A stretch of DNA of 64,000 bases from positions 59,954,001-60,018,000 of the forward strand of contig OX597833.1 of the NCBI GenBank assembly GCA_951406725.2. The letters are read 5' to 3'. Made by a program: the position numbers and the translations under genes. Origin of the DNA: Octopus vulgaris (taxonomy: Eukaryota). Below are positions 26,321 to 40,815 of this stretch, piece after piece. The notes under the pieces were generated by a model. The model ran no database searches, was not told the origin of the DNA, and saw only the letters and a program-made list of their open reading frames with translations. Every line of letters begins with the position of its first letter. Position 1 is the stretch's first letter.

Positions 26321-26985
26321 TATCTTTTAACTTCTTTCAGTCATTATACTATGGACCTGCTGAGGTACATCTTGAAGGGTTTAATCAAACGAATCAACCC
26401 CAGTATTTAATTTTGTAAACCCAGTACTTACTCTATCGACCACTGTTTCCCAATCTGCTAAGTTACAGGGCTATAAACAAACCAACTCCAGTTGTCAGGC
26501 AGTGATTTAAGAAGCTACCTTTGCAATTCCTTGGTTGTCAGGTTCAATCTCACTGTTAGGTACCCTGAACAAGCGTCGTTTCGCTCACAACACATTGGTT
26601 TCATCGATCCTCTATGAGTGAACTTTGGTTAGCAAAAATACGTGGGCGAGTCTGCTTGTCTGTGTGTCCTCATATTATCATAGCTTGTGCGGCAATGTTC
26701 GATAGACCCCCCCTCCTCCCCAAATAAATGTCATGCCCAGCATCTTGAGGCAAAGAGCAGTGGAATAAAGTACTGTACTTGAATAAACAAGTAGAGGTTG
26801 TCATCAGGAAAGGCATCCGGCTGTAGAGTGCTTCCTCATGAAGCCTTACACCATCCCACACAAGCTTGGGGGGGAAAAATAAACCAAAACATACATAAAA
26901 ATAATGAAGTTGATGATTACATGCATACATATACATACTATTTATTGGTGGATATATATATATATATACACATACATATATATAT

Positions 26986-27210
26986 AAGGGCGGCGAGCTG
27001 GCAGAAACGTTAGCACGCCGGGCGAAATGCGTAGCTGTATTTCGTCTGCCATTATGTTCTGAGTTCAAATTCTGCCGAGGTCGACTTTGCCTTTCATCCC
27101 TTTGGGGTCGATAAATTAAGTACCAGTTACGCAATTTAATCGACTTTATCCCTTTGTCTGTCCTTGTTTGTCCCCTCTGTGTTTAGCCCCTTGTGGGTAG
27201 TAAAGAAATA
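26986..27210 (+). mobile_element. SINE family A
   Basis: Full-length. Confidence 0.9.
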
Positions 27211-28272
<1,062 letters not shown>

Positions 28273-28539
28273 TGAGAGGAGAGAGAGCACACTATAAAGC
28301 CCTGGTTCAAGTCTCCCCGTTCCCCTCGCTCCAAAATAAACTCTGCACCAGAAACCCACATATTTCCAGCGCCATGTTGTTTTGTGCACTTGCATGCTTG
28401 AATGAATAATCAGTGTGTGCAATGTTTGTTGTTTTACGAGTGCATCGGACTTTTCGGTGCATGTCTACGTGTGAATTTGCATATTTCTGTCGTTTTTATC
28501 AACGGCTGCAGATTCAAGTGTTTGCACAAGTGTACGTGT

Positions 28540-29120
28540 GTATACACACATGCATGCACGCCCACATGCACACACTTGCACATACATACGCACATACACC
28601 CACATGCACACACACACACATACACACTCATGCACCCACATTCACACACTTGCACACACATGCACACACACATACACACACTTGCACACACATACACACA
28701 CACACACACATGGACACACATGCACACACTTGCACCCACATGCACACACTTGCACACACATTCACACACACACACACATGGATACACATGCATACACATA
28801 CACACACACACAAGGACACACATGCACACACATACACACACACACACATGGACACACATGCACACACTTGCACACACTTGCACACACACACATATGGACA
28901 CACTTGCACACACATGCACACACTTGCACACACACACACACATGGACACACATATACACACATGCACACACTTGCACACACACACACACACACACTCATG
29001 CACCCACATTCACACACTTGCACACACATACACACACACACATGGACACACACACACACACATGCACACACATGCACACACACACACACATGCACACACA
29101 TGCACACACATACACATGCA
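28540..29120. repeat. (CA)n-derived minisatellite (tgcacacac)
   Basis: Directly visible. Confidence 0.95.
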
Positions 29121-29621
29121 GTCATATCTGACTCAGTCTGTTTGCCTGTGTGAATTGTATTGAAACTTGAAGGTGTTTTGCCCCCTACAGCATCCCTGTT
29201 CTGCCCTCCCTCCTCCCCGTCTCTCCGTTGCCCCATTACCATAGGATTGGCAGCGGTGGTGGTGGTGGTGGGTGGTGGTGGTGGTGGTTTTGGCTGTGAT
29301 GTGTCCTAAGTGAAACCTTGTTTGTCAGTGGGTGGGAGGTGAGGAGAGGAGAGGAGCGATGAATTTTCGTTGCTGAATCAGCTGCCAACTTCTTCAGTAT
29401 GAGTAACTATAAAGCATTATGGAGGAAGAGAGAGAGATTCATCATTGCTGAGATGGTGCTGGTGGTGGTGTTGGTAGTGGTGCTGGTGGTGGTGGTGGCG
29501 CTGGCAGAGGCTAAAGAGATCAATATAGCTATAAGGCAGTCACTTGCTGCTGCTGTTGTTGTTGCTGCTGCTCTTGTCTGTCTGTTTGTCTGTCCCAATA
29601 TCATTCAGTGTTCCAACATTT

Positions 29622-30620
29622 GACTGTTCTTTTCCTGTGTGTCAGCCCACACAGCAACTTGACCTGCTAGAAATACCAGTCGATTTAGCCCTTTAATCAT
29701 TCTGTTGCCTTAGGAAAAGCAAAGACTGTTCTTTTCCTGTGTCAGCCCACACAGCAACTTGACCTGCTAGAAATAGCAGTCGATTTAGCCATTTAATCAT
29801 TCTGTTGCCTTAGGAAAAGCAAAGACTGTTCTTTTCCTGTGTCAGCCCACACAGCAACTTGACCTGCTAGAAATACCAGTCGATTTAGCCATTTAATCAT
29901 TCTGTTGCCTTAGGAAAAGCAAAGACTGTTCTTTTCCTGTGTCAGCCCACACAGCAACTTGACCTGCTAGAAATAGCAGTCGATTTAGCCCTTTAATCAT
30001 TCTGTTGCCTTAGGAAAAGCAAAGACTGTTCTTTTCCTGTGTCAGCCCACACAGCAACTTGACCTGCTAGAAATAGCAGTCAATTTAGCCCTTTAATCAT
30101 TCTGTTGCCTTAGGAAAAGCAAAGACTGTTCTTTTCCTGTGTCAGCCCACACAGCAACTTGACCTGCTAGAAATAGCAGTCGATTTAGCCATTTAATCAT
30201 TCTGTTGCCTTAGGAAAAGCAAAGACTGTTCTTTTCCTGTGTCAGCCCACACAGCAACTTGACCTGCTAGAAATAGCAGTCAATTTAGCCCTTTAATCAT
30301 TCTGTTGCCTTAGGAAAAGCAAAGACTGTTCTTTTCCTGTGTCAGCCCACACAGCAACTTGACCTGCTAGAAATAGCAGTCAATTTAGCCCTTTAATCAT
30401 TCTGTTGCCTTAGGAAAAGCAAAGACTGTTCTTTTCCTGTGTCAGCCCACACAGCAACTTGACCTGCTAGAAATAGCAGTCAATTTAGCCCTTTAATCAT
30501 TCTGTTGCCTTAGGAAAAGCAAAGACTGTTCTTTTCCTGTGTCAGCCCACACAGGAACTTGACCTGCTAGAAATAGCAGTCAATTTAGCCCTTTAATCAT
30601 TCTGTTGCCTTAGGAAAAGC
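29622..30620. repeat. Tandem array, exactly 100-bp unit x10
   Basis: gacctgctag recurs at 29661, 29761 ... 30561 with only a few variable positions. Confidence 0.97.
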
Positions 30621-31100
30621 GAAACAAAAGGGGAGAAAAAAAAGGTACACATTGGTCAATGGTACACATTGGCAAGTATGTAGGAAAAGAAAATGAGAGG
30701 GTGGTCACGGTTGTATTGCCTCTGATCATAGGTCAGCTTGATCGAGGTTGACCTATCGCTAAAAATAACAACACATCTCTTCTCTGCACAGACTTTGTCC
30801 TTCGATCACTGCTCTCCACTGAACAAAAACTTGACCTGCTAGAAATACCAGTCAATTAACCCTTTAATCATTCTGCTGCCTTAGGAAAAGCGAAACAAAA
30901 GAAGAAAAAAAAGGTACACATTGGTCAATGTGTTTCTAGATAGCCTGTATGTAGGAAAAAAAAATGAGAGGGTGGTCACGGTTGTATTGCCTCTGATCAT
31001 AGGTCAGCTTGATCGAGGTTGACCTATTGCTAAAAATAACAACACATCTCTTCTCTCCACAGACTTTGTCCTTCGATCACTGCTCTCCACTAAACAAAAA
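30561..31100 (+). repeat. ~270-bp tandem duplication of dispersed repeat family E
   Basis: ctagaaata..gggtggtcacgg..tgatcataggtc..gctaaaaataac twice; relatives at ~13630, ~21075, ~44415 and ~53050. Confidence 0.75.
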
Positions 31101-31404
31101 CTCACACATACACCACTACACATACACAGACAACTAAATACACACATTCCACACACACATTCACACTCATATGCTTCACCAATTGCTTTCCAGCTATTTC
31201 TATAGTTTTTGTTTCAACTGATCTTTTCTAAGGGACACACAGCCATAGAGAATGGGGCCACATCAAGTAAACATCTTCCTTGGCCCTAATTATTGTAACA
31301 TTTTGGAGTGATTTAGTAAAGCAAAAGAAGGTCTGTGGTGGGCTTGGAAAGAAAGATGGCAAAATATTTAGTCTGTCTGCTTTTCTTGCCTCTCTGCAAT
31401 GGTA

Positions 31405-31447
<43 letters not shown>

Positions 31448-31448
31448 T

Positions 31449-31640
31449 TTTTACTCTTTTACTTGTTTCAGTCATTCGGCTGCGGCCATGCTGGAGCACC
31501 ACTTTTAGTCGAGCAACTCGACCCCGGAACTTATTCTTTGTAAGCCCAGTACTTATTCTATCGGTCTCTTTTGCCGAACCGCTAAGTGACGGGGACGTAA
31601 ACACACCAGCATCGGTTGTCAAGCAATGCTAGGGGGACAA

Positions 31641-31699
<59 letters not shown>

Positions 31700-31866
31700 T
31701 ACGACAGGCTTCTTTCAGTTTCCGTCTACCAAATCCACTCACAAGGCATTGGTCGGCCCGGGGCTATAGCAGAAGACACTTGCCCAAGATGCCACGCAGT
31801 GGGACTGAACCCGCAACCATGTGGTTGGTAAGCAAGCTACTTACCACACAGCCACTCCTGTGCCTA
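31449..31866 (-). mobile_element. SINE family B
   Basis: Full-length. Confidence 0.9.
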
Positions 31867-32114
31867 TGATAATTATAATTAGAAAAAGAGGAAGAAGAAT
31901 CTTTTCTACTATAGGCACAAAGCCTGAAATTATGGGGGAGGGGAGTTGATTACATTGACCCCAGTGCTTGACTAGTATATCATTTTATCGATCCTGAAAT
32001 GAGGAGCAAAGTCAGACTTGGTGAACTCAGAATGTAAAGCCAGACGAAGCATTGCTAAGCATTGTGTCTGATTTGCTAATGATTTCACTGGCCTTTGATA
32101 ATAATTTACTATTA

Positions 32115-32476
32115 TCAACCACATGGTTCCGGGTTCAGTCCCTCTACGTGGCACCTTGGGCAAGTGTCTTCTACTATTGCCCTGGGCCGACCAAGGCCTT
32201 GTGAGTGAATTTGGTAGACGGAAACTGAAAGAAGCCTGTCGTATATATATGTGTGTGTGTGTGTGTATGTCTGTGTATCTGTGTTTGTCCCCCCCCCCAA
32301 CATCACTTGATAACCGATGCTGGTGTGTTTACATCCCCGTAACGTAGCGGTTCGGCATGAGAGACCGATAGAATAAGTACTAGACTTACAAAGAATAAGT
32401 CCTGGGGGCGATTTGCTCGACTAAAGGCGGTGCTCCAGCATGGCCATAGTCACATGTCTGAAACAAGTAAAAGAGT
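32115..32476 (+). mobile_element. SINE family B, 5'-clipped
   Basis: Inverted relative to 31449-31866. Confidence 0.88.
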
Positions 32477-32495
32477 ATTGTTGTTGTTGTTATTA

Positions 32496-32529
<34 letters not shown>

Positions 32530-32534
<5 letters not shown>

Positions 32535-32746
32535 AGCTGGAAGCCGGCTGAATCATTACTGTGCTGAACAAAATGCCCAGTAATATTTCTTTCAGTTCTT
32601 TACATTGTGAGTTCCAATTCCACCAAGGTTGGCTTTGTTTTCCATCCTTTCAGGGTCAATAAGGAAAGTACCAATTGGACACTGGGGTTGATGTAATTGG
32701 CTTATTCTCACCCCTAAAATTACTGGTCTTGTGCCAAACTTTGAAA

Positions 32747-32796
<50 letters not shown>

Positions 32797-33355
32797 TTCA
32801 TTATTATTCCACTGAGGTCAACTTTGCCTTTCATTCTTTCAGGGTTGATAAATTAAGTACCAGTGAAACACTGGGGGTCGATATAATCAACTAGTTACCT
32901 CCCCTAGAATTTCAGGCCTTGTGCCCATAGTAGAAAGGTTTATTATTATTATTAAGGCCACGAACTGGCAAAATTATTAGCATGCCAGGTGAAATACTTC
33001 AAGATATTTTGTCTGCCACTACACTCTGTGTTCAAATTCCGCTGAGCTTGACTTTGCCTTTCATCCTTTCAGGGTCAATAAATTAAGTACCAGCTAATTA
33101 CTGGAGTTGATGTGATCGACTTTCCCTATCCCCCAAAATTTCAGGCCTTGTGCCTATAGTAGAAAGGATTATTATTCATGTAGGAAGCTGGTAAAATCAT
33201 TACTGTGCCAGAGAAAATGCTTAAAGGCATTTCTTTCGTCTCTTTAATTTCTGAGTTCAAATTCTGTCAGGGTTCACTTTGCCTTTCATCCTTTTGGGCT
33301 CAATAAAATGTATACCAGTTGAGTACTGGGGTTGATGTATTTGACTTACCCATTT
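32530..33355 (+). mobile_element. Cluster of about four old family A SINE units separated by (ATT)n
   Basis: Repeated tttgcctttcatcctttcagggtcaata core. Confidence 0.8.
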
Positions 33356-33384
33356 CTTCTCATTCTACAGATGAAATTGTTAGA

Positions 33385-33745
33385 ATGAGCACCGTCCGTT
33401 CGTGGCCGTTTGCCAGCTCTGTCTGGCCCCGTGTCGGTGGCACGTAAAAGCACCATCCGTTCGTGTTCGTTGTCACCCTCGGCTGGCCCCCGTGCCGGTG
33501 ACACGTAAAAGCACTGTCCGTTCGTGGCCGTTCGCCAGCTCTGTCTGGCACCTGTGCAGGTGGCACGTAAAATACACCCACTACACTCGCGGAGTGGTTG
33601 GCGTTAGGAAGGGCATCCAGCCGTAGAAACACTGCCAGATCTGACTGGGCCTGACGAAGCCTTCCAGCCTCACAGACCCCAGTTGACCCGTCCAACCCAT
33701 GCTAACATGGAAAGCGGATGCTAAATGATGATGATGATGATGATG
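33385..33745 (+). mobile_element. SINE family C with internal subrepeats
   Basis: Family C body. Confidence 0.85.
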
Positions 33746-34463
33746 AGGGAAAAAACTGATCTGAAGTAAGATATTTCATTTCTAGAAGAGAAATAGTTAA
33801 TTGATTCAACTCCATTAAGTGACTTCTACGCCTTCTGTTCTTATTGATCCAGGTCGTACGAAATGCAAAGTTAACCTTGAACTCAAAATGTGAACACACA
33901 TATTAAGACATTGTTGCTCTACTGACTCTACCATCAACTATTATTGCCACACAACAAGACACTGTTACTTTGCCTATTCTACCTTCTACTGTCCTAAAGA
34001 TGAATAATATGGTTTCTAGGTGTGTCAGTGTTAATCATAAAATGTTTATTTCCTCAAGGATCAATGTTAGGGCGTTTTATGTTCTGTGTTCCTTAATTAT
34101 TTCCATGTTGGTGTTCCATAATATTTTTCATCTCTTCTTTATTACAACCTTTTTCAATTACATGTTGGCACCATTTTGCAGAAACTTGAAAATCCACAAA
34201 AAGTGGCTGTGGATGGGGAGGGTGGGAAGGAGGGGAATGAGACAGCAGAATATTACTTTGAGGAATGCGAAGAAAAAAAAAATATTGATAAGTATTTTAA
34301 AACATATAGGTTAGTTCAAGATCTCTGAAGAATGCTGGAGGGAGGGAAAAAAAAGAGAGAGAAAAAGTGCAAGAGTCTGCTAGCAATATTGTTGATGTAG
34401 TAAAGTCAATTCCTGCAGAAACACAGCTTCCATCCTAATTCAAACAATTCCAAATAAAATATA

Positions 34464-35243
34464 ACGCATCAGCGCCAGACAAAAACCTGCAGCAGTTCTT
34501 GGAACTATTTAATATCCTACTGAGAGGATTTTGTGTATCTAAAGTCCTCAGGTCTTTGGAATAAGGAGTTGGGGGTTCGTTTCCTTATAATTAACAACTG
34601 CACATTGTTTATACAAACCCCGACTAGGAATGAGACAGCGGTGGTTTCTGAATTAGGCACAAGACCAACACTCGGGAGGGGTTTGGTCAGTACTTTTGAC
34701 TCACCCCCACCCAAGTACCTGATTGGTATTTTCTTGTAGTGAACCCAGAGGGATGGAAGGTAAATTTGACCTCAGCAGGATTTGAGCTCTGAATGTAAAG
34801 GGGTAGAACAAATGGACCAAGGCGTCTTGTCTGACGCTCTACCGATTCTGTCACGCATCAATGCCAGACAAAAACCTGCAGCAGTTCTTGGAACTATTTA
34901 ATATCCTACTGAGAGGATTTTGTGTATCTAAAGTCCTCAGGTCTTTGGAATAAGGAGTTGGGGGTTCGTTTCCTTATAATTAACAACTGCACATTGTTTA
35001 TACAAACCCCAACTAGGAATGGAGACGGTGTTGGTTTCTGAATTAGGTACAAGGCCAACACTCGGGAGGGGTTTGGTCAGTACTTTTGACTCACCCCCAC
35101 CCAAGTACCTGATTGGTATCTTCTTGTAGTGAACCCAGAGGGATGGAAGGTAAATTTGACCCCAGCAGGATTTGAGCTCTGAATGTAAAGGGGTAGAACA
35201 AATGGACCAAGGTGTCTTGTCTGACGCACAACCGATTCTGTTA
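34464..35243. repeat. 389-bp tandem duplication including an old family A SINE
   Basis: acgcatca..gccagacaaaaacctgcagc at 34464 and 34853. Confidence 0.92.
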
Positions 35244-36162
35244 CATGATATTAACAATAATCCTTTCTACTAAAGGCACAAGGCCTGAAATTTTGGAGGA
35301 GGGGACTAGTTGATTACACTGACCTCACTGTTTCACTGGTAATTAATTTATTGACCCCGAAAGAATGAATGGTAAAGTTGACCCTGGCGGAATTTGAACT
35401 CAGAACGTAAAGACGAGTGAGATGCTGCTAAACATTTTACTTGGTGTGCTTACAATACTGCCAGCTTGCCACTTTAATGACAATAATAATAAAAATGATA
35501 ATAGCTCCACATTTTGGCACAAGGCCAGCAATTTCAAGGAAGAGGACAAGTTGATTACTTCGACCCAAGTGTTCAACTGGTACTTATTTCTTTAACACTG
35601 AAAGGATGAACGTCAAATTCAACCCTTGCAATAATAGTGATGATGATGATGATGATGCTTTATATTGCCACAAGGGCAATAATAGACACATTAAAAGTAC
35701 AAAAAGACCCCCCCTAAGAAACACATTTGGATATACAGACATCTCAATGTGAAAATGTGTGGTTCTTTGGGCAAGTGTCTTCTGCTGTTTGTTATATTGT
35801 ACTGTAGCCACACATCAACAAAGCACATGTGAGTGGATTTGATAGCTGAAAACTGCAGGAAGCCCTGTGTATGCATATGAGCATTATCGTTACAGAGGCA
35901 AAATTGTTTCTTTCCAGTCTTCCGCAAAAACATACCTGACCTTGACCATGAAGAAACAGCTGAAGGCTGGCAACAGGAAGGACATCGAACCATAGGAAAT
36001 TTGTCTCGGACAAGTTTTAACTGACCCATGGAAGCATGGAATAGTGGCTGTGATTGTGTTGTGTGTGTGTGTGTGTGTGTGCTATCACTGGTGTGTTGTG
36101 CTGTGGAAAATATATACTAGCAATCCTGTTTTTGTGTGTGTGTATAACAAGGTCTCCTACAC

Positions 36163-36381
36163 CAGTGGTTTTCAACCAGGGTTCCGCGGAGCCTTAGGGT
36201 TCCGCCAGTACAGTCCAGGGGTTCTGCAAGAAGTTACAAAAACGCTAAAATCGACAGTAATTTCTAATTCTCCTGTGCAGATATTTGTGCCTAGACCAAT
36301 TGAATTATTGCACAGGGGTTCCTCGAGCCAGTGAAATGTTTTCTTGGGGTTCCGCTCCAGCAAAAAGGTTGAAAAGCGCTG
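36163..36381. mobile_element. hAT (Charlie-like) MITE
   Basis: TIRs cagtggttttcaa / ttgaaaagcgctg; 8-bp TSD tcctacac / tcctactc; inverted paralog at 44458. Confidence 0.85.
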
Positions 36382-36734
36382 TCCTACTCAGTTCTAATTT
36401 GTTTGATGTATTTAGTGGTAGTATTGGTAGTTTTAGTATCAGTGATGATGGTGTGTGTATCATCAGCTCTAGTAGCTCTGTTACTATAACTCTTACTACC
36501 ACCAGTGTGTACAGCCGCTACTTTAGTGCTTCAAGTGTGGAGGGGGGTGGGGTGGGGAGGAGGAGGGAATGCCTGCCTTATCACTGTTGAACTGGATCCT
36601 TCCTCTGACAATCCTTTACTGAGGAATTCTGCCTGGCACCTGTTATTGTTCTTACTATTGTTGTATGTTGTGATTGTTCTTGTTGCTGCCTGTAGTTGTA
36701 TCTCCATTCAGCACACCCAATACACTGTTTGTCT

Positions 36735-37072
36735 TTTGCTCTCTCTCTCTCTCTCTCATTCATACTCTCTCTCTCTCTCACACACGCTCTCTCTCTTTCA
36801 CACACACGCTCGCAAACACACTCTCTCTCTCACACATACACTTTCACACACACACACACACACACTCACACACACTCACACACACTCGCACACTCTCTCT
36901 CGCACACACACACACTCTCTCTCTCACATAAACACACTCTCTCTCGCACACTCTCACACACACTCTTGCACACACACACACACACACACTCTCTTGCACA
37001 CGCACTCTCTCTCTCTCACACACACTCTCGCACACACACACTCTCTCTTGCACACACACACTCTCTCTCTCT

Positions 37073-37103
<31 letters not shown>

Positions 37104-37300
37104 TCTCTCTCTCTCTCTCGCACACACACACACTCGCACACTCTCTCTCTCGCACACACATACACACACACTATTTCACTCTCACACTCACACATACTCT
37201 TTTTCCTCTCTCACACACATTCTCTCATCCACACACTCTTTTATACTTATACACACACACACATTCTCACATATGCATGCACACACTCTCTCTCTCACCC
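36735..37300. repeat. (CA)n/(CT)n compound microsatellite
   Basis: Directly visible. Confidence 0.95.
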
Positions 37301-37781
37301 ATCACACAAATGGTTTAGCCATGACAATATGAAAATAAAGCATTAAAACTATGACAACGATAACAAATCTACACCCATACACATTACCACACATTCATAC
37401 AGCGCTGTACATATGTGTGTGTGTAGATGGTGTATATATGTATTTTTCTGCATGCAGCATATACATACATACATACACATTATATATATATATTCATTGT
37501 TATAATTAGATATAATTTTACCGAATATGGTCCTTTTCCATACCGAAAGACTACTTAGTGAAATTTGTTGATTTCATTAAATTATATATATATATATATA
37601 TATCTCACATATTTATATATATAATATATATTTATCACATATTTATATATATAATATATATTTATCACATATATATGTATATCCACGAATGTATAAATAT
37701 ATATATATATATATATATATCACATATTTATATATATAATATATATTTATCACATATATATGTATATCCACGCATGTATAA

Positions 37782-37813
<32 letters not shown>

Positions 37814-37849
37814 TTTATCACATATATATGTATATCCACACATGTATAA

Positions 37850-37893
<44 letters not shown>

Positions 37894-38431
37894 TGGTAAA
37901 AACGGTAAGATAACAAAAGAAAGAAAGAGACCTCAATATTATGTAAATAGAGGAATTTATCTGTAAATATATGGGTGTTGGACAGGTGGAGTTTGAAAAG
38001 ATGCAGTGGCGAGGCGGGGCTCGTGGGGTCGGAGCTAATCCCGCCCCCACTTCATCCGTAATGTCTTCTGGTCTGTTCGATCATTTCAATTTTTGTTTTA
38101 ATTATATTGTCATATTTTTGTAAATTTTTAAATTTCATCATTTTGTGTAATTAACATTCGTTAGTCTGGCCCCATATCAGATTGTATTGTCCCCTCTATG
38201 TTCTAAAATCAGATGCTCAGAGTTATTGTTAGTAAGATAGTTAATAATTTTATGGGTTTGTGTGTCTGTCTGTATTAAATAGCAAATAATAATTATTTCC
38301 ATTTTCAAGGATGAAGTATTGCATTGCCAGATGCCCTAATTGATGGCAACTCCTTTCAAGTTTGCCTCTAGCAGAATGCCAGTCTATGTAGTGCAGTTAC
38401 TCACTCTCATACCTATTTTATATATATATAT

Positions 38432-38824
38432 ACTCTTTTACTCTCTTTTACTTGTTTCAGTCATTTGACTGTGGCCATGCTGGAGCACCGCCTTTAATTG
38501 AGCAACTCGACCCTGGGACTTATTCTTTTGTGAGCCCAGTACTTATTCTATCGGCCTCTTTTGCCGAGCCGCTAAGTGACGGGGACATAAACACACCAGC
38601 ATCGGTTGTCAAGCAATGCTAGGGGGACAAACACACACATGCATATATATACATATATAAGACGGGCTTCTTTCAGTTTCCGTCTACCTAATCCACTCAC
38701 AAGGCTTTGGTCGGCCCGAGGCTATAGTAGAAGACACTTGCCCAAGGTGCCACGCAGTGGGACTGAACCCGGAACCATGTGGTTGGTAAACAAGCTACTT
38801 ACCACACAGCCACTCCTGCGCCTA
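38432..38824 (-). mobile_element. SINE family B
   Basis: Full-length, within (TA)n. Confidence 0.9.
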
Positions 38825-39096
38825 TATATATATATATATATATATAGCTGGTATCTCATCAATATATTGACTGGAAGCCTGAAAGCTTTCAGCAGTCTTG
38901 GGTTGTGTTGCCTTCTCCATTATTTCTGAACAACATTGATATTACCAGGACGATTGTTGTGATCCACACTGTAGCATACACTACTCCACCTCCTCTTTAT
39001 TGGCTTTGTGTTGGCTGCTACAACCAGCTGTAACCATTCCAACTTGCTATGATTTCTTCTTTGCTGCCAGTTGTGGTCTTACGCAATTCTGCCATA

Positions 39097-39447
39097 TTCA
39101 TCATCATCGTTTAACGTCTGTTTTCCATGCTAGCATGGGTTGGACGGTTCAACCGGGGATCTGGGAAGCCAGGAAGCTGCGCCAGGCCCAGTCTGATCTG
39201 GCAGTGTTTCTACAGCTGGATGCCCTTCCTAATGCCAACCACTCCGTGAGTGTAGTGGATGGTTTTTACGTGCCAGGTGAGGCTGGCAAATGGCCACGAT
39301 CGGATGGTGCTTTTTACGTGCCACCGGCACAGGTGCCAGATGAGGCTGGAAAACGGCCACGATCGGATGGTGCTTTTACGTGTCACCGGCACGGGGGCCA
39401 GACTAGGCTGGCAACGGCCACAATCGGATGGTGCATTTTACGTGCCA
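39097..39447 (-). mobile_element. SINE family C
   Basis: Family C body. Confidence 0.85.
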
Positions 39448-39717
39448 TTAATAACTCAAACTTAAAACAACCCATACCAGCATGGAAAAGCAGATGTAAG
39501 AATGATTATACACACACACACAAATGTGTGTGTGTATATGAGTGTATCAGTTTGCTGTTTTCAAAGTTTTAAATACACCATATACAGTCTATACATAGAC
39601 ATATACACCTACATTTCCAGTAAACTGCTGTCTATGGTTTAAATTACAGTTTGGCAGTGGCGTAAGAGTGGTGGTGATGATACAGCGGGGGAGGGAATAT
39701 TTATTAACTTGAACAGC

Positions 39718-39799
<82 letters not shown>

Positions 39800-39943
39800 T
39801 TCTTTCTCTCTCTCTTTCTCTCTTTCTCTTTCTCTCTCTCTTTCTCTCTTTCTCTCTTTCTTTCTTTCTTTCTCTCTCTTTCTCTCTTTCTCTTTCTCTC
39901 TCTCTTTCTCTCTTTCTCTCTTTCTTTCTTTCTTTCTCTCTCT

Positions 39944-39994
<51 letters not shown>

Positions 39995-39995
39995 T
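39718..39995. repeat. (TC)n/(TTTC)n polypyrimidine tract
   Basis: Directly visible. Confidence 0.95.
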
Positions 39996-40071
39996 CACTC
40001 TTTCTGTTTTTATTTCGCTTTCCCTCTCACCCCACACTTGCTAGAAAACTTTACTGCGCACCTTTTAACTT

Positions 40072-40111
<40 letters not shown>

Positions 40112-40421
40112 GCTGCTGCATCTCTGCCACCACCACCCACCACCACCATTGCCAGAATGCCACTGATAAAGCTGATTCCTACAGGTAGATGAAAATCTCT
40201 GTGAGAAGAAACTTCTTCCCTACACCCCTCCACCTCACCCTAGACACCTCCCTCACACAGCAACAATAACAACATGGCTTTCTACATCCTTCTTGCTGAT
40301 GTGCAGCAGTGGCGATGGCTGGGGTGGTGACTGGCGTGACTATATCTATGGCTATATAGATATATAGACAGAGGTCACAGTGATGATAAGTACAGGTCAG
40401 TCTGAATATATGCATGAATAT

Positions 40422-40815
40422 GCAGGAGTGGCTGTGTGGTAAGTAGCTTGCTAACCAACCACATGGTTCCGAGTTCAGTCCCACTGCGTGGCATCTTGGG
40501 CAAGTGTCTGCTGCTATAGCTCCGGGCCGACCAATGCCTTGTGAGTGGATTTGGTAGACGGAAACTGAAAGAAGCCCGTCATGTATATGTATATATATAT
40601 GTGTGTTTGTGTTTCTATGTTTGTCCCTCCAACATTGCTTGACAACCGATGCTGGTGTGTTTACGTCCCCGTCACTTAGCGGTTCAGCAAAAGAGTACGA
40701 TAGAATAAGTACTAGGCTCACAAAGAATAAGTCCTGGGGGCGATTTGCTCGACTGAAGGCGGTGCTCCAGCATGGCCACAGTCAAATGACTGAAACAAAT
40801 AAAAGAATAAAAAGA
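40422..40815 (+). mobile_element. SINE family B
   Basis: Full-length. Confidence 0.9.

Noticed and set aside
29622-30620. CRISPR array or coding repeat
   Set aside because: Contiguous 100-bp units without unique spacers; unit length is not a multiple of 3
36578-36660. ITVELDPSSDNPLLRNSAW as the next RhoGAP exon
   Set aside because: No polypyrimidine-AG acceptor and no recognisable PX motif
37515-37570. Hammerhead-like ccgaata...ccgaaag (also 20650-20700 on the minus strand)
   Set aside because: Core G8/A9 altered and stem I does not pair
40156-40190. Short exon MPLIKLIPT/gtagat
   Set aside because: Phase 1, tiny and otherwise unsupported
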